A DNA stretch of 64,000 bases from an uncultured delta proteobacterium (lineage in GTDB: Bacteria > Myxococcota_A > Polyangia > Polyangiales > Polyangiaceae). Below, one piece after another: positions 1 to 7,001 of the stretch (position 1 is the stretch's first letter; the number at the start of each line of letters is the position of its first letter). Made by a program: the position numbers and the translations under genes. The stretch is from contig CAWKKR010000008.1 of the NCBI GenBank assembly GCA_963850305.1, forward strand, positions 1,632,001 to 1,696,000. The letters are read 5' to 3'. The notes beneath the pieces are model-generated. The model did no database searches, was not told the DNA's origin, and saw nothing but the letters and a program-made list of their open reading frames with translations.

Positions 1-17
1 TTCACGGCGGGGTCTTC

Positions 18-1226
18 ATGACACGCGTCACCTTTCTTTTTTCGGTCGCCTCTCTGGTTGTCGTTGCCTGCGGGGCGCGGACGGACGGCGCTGGGCCCCT
101 CGATCTCGGGGGTCCGCTCGGCTCGGGCGAAGGAACCTCACTCGGCGGCGGCGGCGGTGGTGCGGGCCGAGGCGGCACGGCTGGCTCCGGTGGCGTCGGG
201 CGAGGCGGTACGGCTGGCTCCGGTGGCGTCGGGCGAGGCGGTACGGCTGGATTCGGAGCCGTGTCGGGTTATGGGGGCTGCGGCGAGTTCGGCTGCGCTG
301 CGGGCGGGTGTTTCGATTGCAACGTGGGTGGCTATTACGGCGGGGGCGGTTACGCCACGGGCGGCGCGAGCGGTTCGTGCGCGTTTCCGACCTGTGGGGA
401 ATGTCCGGATTGCTTTTCCCAGTGCCTTTGCGTCGACTCGGATCCCGCCTTCTGCGAGAGCGTCTGCTACGGCGGCGGCGCGGGGTTCTCGGGCTCCGGC
501 GGCACGGGTGGCGGTGGGTGCGAACCCGCACTGTGTCCGACGAGCAGCGGCGGGTCGCCCATCGTGCTTCAGGGGTGTTGCACGAACTACGGCGCGTGCG
601 GCATCGACACGACCGCGCTCGAGGGATTCTTGCAAGTGCCGCTCGGGTGCGAAGACCGCTCGGAGCCGGGCTTCGACACCACCGGTTGTGCTCCCATGAA
701 GACTCCGCTCGACTCGCAACCAGTTCTGGCAGGTTGTTGCCGCAGCGATGGCCGATGCGGGGTGGATCTAGGTTCTCTCGGACTTGGCTGCGTGCTCAAT
801 ACCGGACAGCCCGCGTACTGCAACTTGCCCGACGGCGGAACAGGTGGGTTCTACGGAGCCGGAGGGTCGCCGGGTACGGGCGGGTTTTACGGAAACGCCG
901 GCACTCCGGGTTCCGGCGCGAGCCCGGGAGCTGGCGGCGCCGCCGCGCAGTGCGCCGCACAGGCCACGTCGGAGTGCGAGACGTGCGCGTGCGAGAGCTG
1001 CACGAGCACGTTTCTCTCGTGCTTCGCCGACGCGGGTTGCCCGCAGATCCTCCAATGCGCGAACGAAGTCGGGTGTACCGGCATCAACTGCTACCAGCCG
1101 TCCACCTGTCAGAAGGTCATCGACGCGACGGGGGGGCCGAGCAGCGCCTCGGTCGCCATCGCAATCCCGTTGTTCCAGTGCCTCGCCAGCGCGGGCTGCG
1201 ACTGCGGGTTCGCTAGCGCTCAGTGA
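18..1226 (+). CDS. Gly/Cys-rich lipoprotein of myxobacterial type, function unknown
   Basis: Lipobox-like VVAC after a hydrophobic N-terminus; Gly-rich linkers and several Cys-rich modules. Confidence 0.8.
   Translation: MTRVTFLFSVASLVVVACGARTDGAGPLDLGGPLGSGEGTSLGGGGGGAGRGGTAGSGGVGRGGTAGSGGVGRGGTAGFGAVSGYGGCGEFGCAAGGCFDCNVGGYYGGGGYATGGASGSCAFPTCGECPDCFSQCLCVDSDPAFCESVCYGGGAGFSGSGGTGGGGCEPALCPTSSGGSPIVLQGCCTNYGACGIDTTALEGFLQVPLGCEDRSEPGFDTTGCAPMKTPLDSQPVLAGCCRSDGRCGVDLGSLGLGCVLNTGQPAYCNLPDGGTGGFYGAGGSPGTGGFYGNAGTPGSGASPGAGGAAAQCAAQATSECETCACESCTSTFLSCFADAGCPQILQCANEVGCTGINCYQPSTCQKVIDATGGPSSASVAIAIPLFQCLASAGCDCGFASAQ
165..250 (+). repeat. 33-bp in-frame tandem repeat, about 2.6 copies (GRGGTAGSGGV)
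   Basis: GGGCGAGGCGGTACGGCTGGCTCCGGTGGCGTC-like units at 165, 198 and 231. Confidence 0.9.
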
Positions 1227-1290
1227 GCGGCGGTGGGCCGCGACGCGGCCTCGACGATACCGACGGGCCACGCGAGCTGTTCTCGCCGCC
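1216..1290. repeat. 75-bp direct repeat, copy 1 (partner at 2603-2677)
   Basis: 71/75 identity by manual alignment; on the minus strand it reads ...RREQLAWPVGIVEAASRPTAAH-stop. Confidence 0.95.
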
Positions 1291-1473
1291 GCCACCCGAG
1301 GAAACCATGCACGAGCACCGGGCTGCTCCGCCGCTGTCCCGCTTTTCGGTCTCTCACCGAAAGTGACGAGGCGCAGTGCTTGCGACATGGCGCATGAATT
1401 GCATCGTCCATGGCGACGCTGGATCTTGCGGTCGTTGGCGGTGCGCCCGAGACGGATGGTCTCGCGAACTGTG

Positions 1474-1489
1474 CGGCACGCCCGATGCA
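1474..1489 (+). promoter_or_regulatory. Putative sigma-54 (-24/-12) promoter of the stomatin gene
   Basis: CGGCACG-CCCG-ATGCA, GG-N10-GC spacing. Confidence 0.65.
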
Positions 1490-1543
1490 GCCATGCACGG
1501 AGATGCAACCATGCACAGGACCGAATTGGTTCGAGGTGAAGAG

Positions 1544-2464
1544 ATGTTGAGGACGAATTCACTTGCGACGCTGCTGTTCTTCCTGATCATCGCGGCCGGA
1601 GCGGCGGTCGCGTACGCGCTCAACGGCGCGGCGCTGCTCGCGGACGCGGCGGTTCTCGCCGTGGCGTTGGCGCTGGCGCTGATCGTGTCCGTGTCGGTGA
1701 AGATTGCTGCGCCGTGGGACAAAGCGGTCGTCTTGCGCCTGGGCCGATTTCGGGGGCTCCGCGGGCCCGGCATATTTTTCATCATTCCGGTGATCGACAC
1801 GATCCCCTACTGGATCGACACTCGAGTGATTACCTCGTCCTTCAAGGCGGAGAAGACGCTGACGAAGGACACGGTCCCCGTCGACGTCGATGCCGTGCTT
1901 TTCTGGAAGGTCGTCGATCCCGAGAGAGCGGCGTTGGCCGTCGCGGATTACGGGACCGCGATCAGCTGGGCGTCCCAGACGGCGCTGCGCGACGTCATCG
2001 GCAAGACGGTGCTATCGGACATGCTGGAGGGTAGAGGCAAGATCAGCGGCGAATTGCAGCAAGTCATCGACCAGCGGACGGAGCCTTGGGGCGTCAACGT
2101 CATCAACGTCGAGGTCAGGGACGTGTTGATCCCGCCGGCTCTCGAGGATGCGATGTCGATGCAGGCGCAGGCAGAGCGCGAGCGACAGGCTCGGGTGATC
2201 TTGGGCGATTCGGAACGCCAGGTCGCAGAGAAGTTCGGCGAGGCAGCGAAGACCTATCACGACGATCCGATCGCTCTGCACCTCCGTGCGATGAACATGC
2301 TTTACGAGGGGCTCAAGCAGAACGGGACGATCGTCCTCGTGCCGAGTTCCGCGCTGGACACGATGCAACTCGGCAATCTCGCCGGAATGACGGCGCTAAC
2401 GATGGCCTCGGCAAAGAACGGCGCGGCCAAGGAGCCCGAACCCGCCATTCAGCATGACGCCTGA
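1544..2464 (+). CDS. SPFH/band-7 (stomatin/slipin) membrane protein; alternative start at 1511
   Basis: N-terminal TM segments, VVLRLGRF..GPG, TKDTVPVDVDAV, QAQAERERQAR coiled-coil motif. Confidence 0.92.
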   Translation: MLRTNSLATLLFFLIIAAGAAVAYALNGAALLADAAVLAVALALALIVSVSVKIAAPWDKAVVLRLGRFRGLRGPGIFFIIPVIDTIPYWIDTRVITSSFKAEKTLTKDTVPVDVDAVLFWKVVDPERAALAVADYGTAISWASQTALRDVIGKTVLSDMLEGRGKISGELQQVIDQRTEPWGVNVINVEVRDVLIPPALEDAMSMQAQAERERQARVILGDSERQVAEKFGEAAKTYHDDPIALHLRAMNMLYEGLKQNGTIVLVPSSALDTMQLGNLAGMTALTMASAKNGAAKEPEPAIQHDA

Positions 2465-2602
2465 CCTCCTTCGCTGGCAGCCTCTCGACGACGCCGCGGG
2501 TCGCCGTCGGGAAGGTTGCCGATTCCGAGCGCTCGCGGACGAGAACATCCGCCCCGACGTCGTTTCCGAGCTTCGCTCCAGAGGCAAGGAGTGGGTCCGC
2601 GC

Positions 2603-2677
2603 GCGCTCAGTGAACGGCGGTGGGCTGCGACGCGGCCTCGACGATACCGATGGGCCACGCGAGCGGTTCTCGCCGCC
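2603..2677. repeat. 75-bp direct repeat, copy 2; forms the current 3' end of CDS 2607-3041
   Basis: Matches 1216-1290 with 4 substitutions. Confidence 0.95.
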
Positions 2678-3041
2678 AACCGTCGTCGCCCGCTTTGCGG
2701 GAATCCACGCGAAGGTCGTAGTGGCCCACGACGGGTGGAAACGGGAGGCCGAACGTCCGCATGCGGTACCGCGGCGTCACCGGACGATGCGAGAATGCGT
2801 CCGTGGGCGTCTCCAGCCCCGTGATGGCCACCATGACGAACCGAACTTCGAAGTCGTGTCCGTACTCGTCCGGTGCGACGTGGAAGTAAGCGTGAATCTC
2901 CAGCGGCACGAGACCGTGGGGAGGGGCAGGTGCTCCTTGCGGCACGTTGATCTGTTCGACGAGGTTGAACAGCGTCACGTTGTTCGAGTGTTGATCGACG
3001 GAGGACCCGCCGCACACGGCAAGAAAGTAGCACCGGGGCAT
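2607..3041 (-). CDS. Small beta-rich hypothetical protein (DUF6941-like)
   Basis: N-terminal C..SSVDQHSNNVTLFNLVEQI and C-terminal G.YDLRV pattern; 144 aa. Confidence 0.7.
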   Translation of the reverse strand: MPRCYFLAVCGGSSVDQHSNNVTLFNLVEQINVPQGAPAPPHGLVPLEIHAYFHVAPDEYGHDFEVRFVMVAITGLETPTDAFSHRPVTPRYRMRTFGLPFPPVVGHYDLRVDSRKAGDDGWRREPLAWPIGIVEAASQPTAVH

Positions 3042-3089
3042 CCGTCGCTTTTAGCACCGGTCGCCGCGTCGCGGCCGTCGTTGCCGCTC

Positions 3090-3764
3090 TCAGGGCCAGG
3101 GAGCGGCGGTTGCGAAATAGACGACTGTCTCGGCACCCGTGAGAAACAAGGCGAGGCCGCAGAACCCGCACCCGAGCGATAGCAAGCGTGCGCCCCGCGC
3201 CGTCGTGACGAGGCCGTAGCCAAGACAGCACCGCACGACGCCGTTCGCGAAATGATACGACGCGGCCGCGAGCCCGAAAAGGTACGCCATCGCCGCGAAG
3301 GGGACCCCGAGCGCCGACGTCGTCGAGAGCGTTTCGGTCAGCGTCGGATAGTAGTCCGCCGGCCTGAGCCGTCCAAGGGCCTGGGCGAACCGCAGCACCC
3401 ACACGTGGTAGGCGACGAACCCGAACGTCACGCCGCCGGTCACTCGTTGGAGGGGCTTCGACCAGCTCTTCGAGTGGGCCGCCAGGGCCGGGTGGCGCGG
3501 CCGTTCCATCGGATTCGCGATGACCCACGCGCCGAAGCCCGCGTGAAAAAGCAGGGGCACCTGGACGAATACGACCTCCAGCGCGAAGAGCCAGGAGCTC
3601 CGCTGTATCCGGCCGGGTAGGTCGTCATACGCTGCGCGTCCTTGCAACGCATGCGCGTTCAGCCAAAGATGCACCAGCAAGAAGGCGCCGACGGGAATCA
3701 CGCCTGTCGCCGAATGCAGCGCGAACCACCGGAACGACCGTCGCTCCTTCGCCAGATCCGTCAT
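3090..3764 (-). CDS. sdhC: Succinate dehydrogenase cytochrome b558 subunit homolog (SdhC-like), orphan
   Basis: LHSATGVIPVGAFLLVHL, PLLFHA, LQRVTG, AYHV, YHFANG; about 5 TM helices with His ligands. Confidence 0.8.
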   Translation of the reverse strand: MTDLAKERRSFRWFALHSATGVIPVGAFLLVHLWLNAHALQGRAAYDDLPGRIQRSSWLFALEVVFVQVPLLFHAGFGAWVIANPMERPRHPALAAHSKSWSKPLQRVTGGVTFGFVAYHVWVLRFAQALGRLRPADYYPTLTETLSTTSALGVPFAAMAYLFGLAAASYHFANGVVRCCLGYGLVTTARGARLLSLGCGFCGLALFLTGAETVVYFATAAPWP

Positions 3765-5643
3765 GGTCGTCGCCGTCACTCTTCGCGCTCGGAAACCAAG
3801 GATAGCTCGGGCGAGCGGGTTTTCGGTCGCGGTTTTTGGCGCGGCCGCCTGCGTCTTCTTCACGTCGTGCGGCTCGGGATCGCGCGTCGCGACGGTTCCG
3901 GTTCCCTCGCTTGCCGGAACGCCGGGCGCGCAGGCGGCGTACCGGCGGATAGAATCCCGCTGGACGGATCTCCCCGAAGAGCGTCGCGGCGAACTAGACC
4001 CGGCGTTGCGTGACTTCCTTGGTCGGTACGGCGCGGATGATCGCGCCCGCAGGGTGCGGGTTCTCCTGGCGTGGATCGACATCGATCGCGGCCACGCGAG
4101 CGAAGCGCACTCCCTCCTTTCGACCGTTCGCGCCGGACCGGCCGGCGCCGTGCATGATTTTGCCGATGTCGCCGAGGCGCGCGCGGTGGCTCACGACGGC
4201 CATTTCGGCGCCGCCCTCGGATTGCTCGAACCGCTCCGGGGGAAGCTGGTGGACCCTGGTGTCCGCGGTCTGTACTCGAAGGAGCTGGTTCTGGCGCTCG
4301 TCGCCACCGCGCGGTTCGACGACGCGATGCAAGCGATGCTCGACTGGGCGGAACAGGCGGCCCCCATCGAGCGCGAGGACGTTCTGGCCGAAATCGAAGG
4401 CATCGTTCGCGGTATACCCGCGTCGTCGCTCGAGGCCGCGTTCCTCAAGCTCGTCGAGGAAGATCGCGCCGACGTCGGCGCGCAGCGCTCGTCGCGCTCC
4501 GAGGCGCGCCGTTGGCTGCTGATGTCGGCGCGCTCGCGGCTGGAGCGTGTCGCGCTGACGGAACGCGACCCGGAGCTTGCCCGACGGCTCCTGGAGTCGA
4601 GCCCCGTCGAACTCGGGCACGACGACGAGCGGGAGGCGATCTCGGCGCTTGCCGCGGAGAGCGCCGTTGCTGCGCGCGTCGCGGGTCGCGCGCTCGGCGT
4701 CGTTCTCGACGTTTCGGACGACGTGTCGCGACGGCGTTCGGCCCAGGTCGTCGAAGGGATGACACGGGCGCTCGGGTTGCCGGAGGCCGCAACGCGCGAA
4801 GATGCGGTCCGGCTAGTCACGCGCGACGCCTCGGAGCCGGGCGAAGTGGAGCGCGCTCTGGCCGCGCTCGCCGGCGACGGCGCGACGATTCTCGTCGGCG
4901 GGGTGACCGGGGATGCTGCGATTGCTTGTTCGGTCTTCGCCGAACAAAAGCACGTTCCGGTGATCGTACTCGGGGACCCCCCTGCGACGGCATCGGCGGC
5001 GTTCACGTTCGCCGTCGGTGACGACCCGGCGGCGGTCGAACTGGCCGTCAAGCGCGCCCTGGACGCTGCGGGCGTCCACTCGGTGGCTCGCGTCGGTCCC
5101 GCCGGCGTCCCGTGCGACGCTCGGGCGGCGACCGTTGCCGCTTCTCGATTTCCGCTCGAAGAATGGAAGCGGGCCGCCATCGAGGCGCTCGTTCTGGCTG
5201 GCGATCCCGAGTGCACGCGCGACGCCGCCCAGGACGTGGCGAGCGCGGGGCTTTCGCCATTGCTCATCGTGGGTCTGGAGTCGGCAGAAGGTGCAGACCC
5301 GTTACCGGGCCGCAAGCTCCTCGTCGGCGCCGGGCAGTTCCCGCTGGCAGCCCACGCTCTCACCACGGACGAGCGAGCGTGGGTCGAGCGCTTCGGTTCG
5401 GGTCCGTCCTGGTACGAAACGCTCGGTCGCGACGCCGCGCTCCTCGGGGCTGCGGCGCTCGCCGACTTCCCGCTTGCGCACGTCGAAGACCACGCGGCCG
5501 TCGCCACTCTCCACGCGCGCGCGCGTGATGCGCTGCTGAAAGCGCGCGCCGCGCTTTGGTCGACTGCCTCGCGCGGGTTCGACGGCAACCACGTGCTGCC
5601 ACGCGACTTCAGCACGGCCCCACCGGGAGAGGCTCCTCCGTGA
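3763..5643 (+). CDS. Lipoprotein with helical/TPR-like N-terminus and type-1 periplasmic-binding-fold C-terminus (LpoA-like)
   Basis: Lipobox FFTSC; Ala-rich helical repeats; RLVTRD..GATILVGG..VPVIVL..LGRDAA pattern. Confidence 0.6.
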   Translation: MVVAVTLRARKPRIARASGFSVAVFGAAACVFFTSCGSGSRVATVPVPSLAGTPGAQAAYRRIESRWTDLPEERRGELDPALRDFLGRYGADDRARRVRVLLAWIDIDRGHASEAHSLLSTVRAGPAGAVHDFADVAEARAVAHDGHFGAALGLLEPLRGKLVDPGVRGLYSKELVLALVATARFDDAMQAMLDWAEQAAPIEREDVLAEIEGIVRGIPASSLEAAFLKLVEEDRADVGAQRSSRSEARRWLLMSARSRLERVALTERDPELARRLLESSPVELGHDDEREAISALAAESAVAARVAGRALGVVLDVSDDVSRRRSAQVVEGMTRALGLPEAATREDAVRLVTRDASEPGEVERALAALAGDGATILVGGVTGDAAIACSVFAEQKHVPVIVLGDPPATASAAFTFAVGDDPAAVELAVKRALDAAGVHSVARVGPAGVPCDARAATVAASRFPLEEWKRAAIEALVLAGDPECTRDAAQDVASAGLSPLLIVGLESAEGADPLPGRKLLVGAGQFPLAAHALTTDERAWVERFGSGPSWYETLGRDAALLGAAALADFPLAHVEDHAAVATLHARARDALLKARAALWSTASRGFDGNHVLPRDFSTAPPGEAPP

Positions 5644-6096
5644 CGGAGCGCGAAATCCTCCTCCCGAACCGCCACGCGACGAAAACGCTCGGGGCTGCAA
5701 TTGGCCGTGAACTCACGCCGAGTGATCTCTTCGTGCTCTCCGGGCCGCTCGGCTCCGGGAAGACGTTCCTCGTTCGCGCGGTGTGTCGAGCGCTCGGTCT
5801 CTCTCCGAACATTCGCGTGACGAGCCCGACGTTCACGCTCGTTCACGAGTACTCTACGGTGCCCCCGGTCCTTCATGCGGACCTGTACCGTCTCGAGACT
5901 CCCGCGGACGTCGCAGAGCTCGGGCTCCTCGAGCAGCGAGAATCAGGGACGAGCGCTGTTCGTGGAATGGGGCGAACCTTATATGGACGTGCTCGGGGGC
6001 GACGCCGTGATCGTAGAGTTCGAACTCGCTCCGAGACGTGCCCGAGTCCGCGCGACGGGGCACTCCTCCGCGGCCCGTGTCGCGTCCCTTTTGTGA
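5640..6096 (+). CDS. tsaE: tRNA t6A biosynthesis ATPase TsaE; one extra base near 5946-5948, likely assembly error
   Basis: LSGPLGSGKT, VTSPTFTLVHEY, HADLYRL; continues in the next frame as RALFVEWGE; GTGA overlap with the upstream stop. Confidence 0.9.
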
Positions 6097-6141
6097 GCGC
6101 GCTTTACGGACGTCGAACGGTTCGGTGTTAGAGTTGGGGCC

Positions 6142-6951
6142 GTGAGCATCGACGCTGCGGAAGCCCCTGCGTCCCCCGAGCCCCTTCTGGAACGACTGAC
6201 GGCTCCCGTGTTCGATGCGCTCGACGCGCTCGGAACGTTCGTCACACTCACGTTCGAGACACTCCTCTGGATGGTGCGTCCCCCGTATCGTATCGGCCAG
6301 CTCTTTTCCGCGATGGAGTTCATAGGTGTGCAGTCGGTCTTCATCGTGTCGCTGACCGGCACCTTCAGCGGCATGGTCCTCGCTCTCCAGACCGTGAATA
6401 CATTGCGTCAGTTCAGTGCCGAGGGTGTCGTCGGTTCGGTGGTCGCGATTTCCCTGACACGCGAGATAAGCCCGGTCTTCGCGGCGCTGATGGTGACCGC
6501 CCGCGCCGGCAGCGCCATGGCGGCCGAGCTCGGCAACATGCGCGTGACCGAGCAGATCGACGCCATTTTGACGATGGGTGTAAGCCCGGTACAGTACCTG
6601 CTGTCGCCGCGGCTGATCGCGTCCGTGGCAATGATGCCGCTCCTCTGCATCCTTTACTCGTGTCTCGGCATGGCCGGCGCATGGCTGGTCGCGGTCCACG
6701 GTCTCGGCGTCGACCCCGGCGTATTTCTATCGAATATCGAGAAGTACATGGTGCCGCGGGACTTTTTCATGGGTGAGGTCAAATCCCTCGTGTTCGGGTT
6801 TCTCATCGCCGCGATATCCTGCAATCAAGGCTTCCACGCGAGCGGTGGGGCTCGGGGCGTCGGTCTGGCGACGACGCGCGCGGTCGTGGAGAGCGCCGTC
6901 GCGATCCTCATAGCGAATTACGTCATCACGAGCTTCATGACGAACATCTGA
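6142..6951 (+). CDS. mlaE: MlaE-family ABC transporter permease
   Basis: REISPVFAALMVTARAGSAMAAELGNMRVTEQIDA; GARGVGLATTRAVV. Confidence 0.95.
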   Translation: MSIDAAEAPASPEPLLERLTAPVFDALDALGTFVTLTFETLLWMVRPPYRIGQLFSAMEFIGVQSVFIVSLTGTFSGMVLALQTVNTLRQFSAEGVVGSVVAISLTREISPVFAALMVTARAGSAMAAELGNMRVTEQIDAILTMGVSPVQYLLSPRLIASVAMMPLLCILYSCLGMAGAWLVAVHGLGVDPGVFLSNIEKYMVPRDFFMGEVKSLVFGFLIAAISCNQGFHASGGARGVGLATTRAVVESAVAILIANYVITSFMTNI

Positions 6952-7001
6952 GGGGAATTTCTGGTATCCTCCGCCTTTGGTCGCGGAAGGGATTTCCAGA
7001 A

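Noticed and set aside
1220..1516. 98-aa minus-strand ORF as a paralog of CDS 2607-3041
   Set aside because: Similarity is confined to the 75-bp repeat; the rest overlaps the promoter region.
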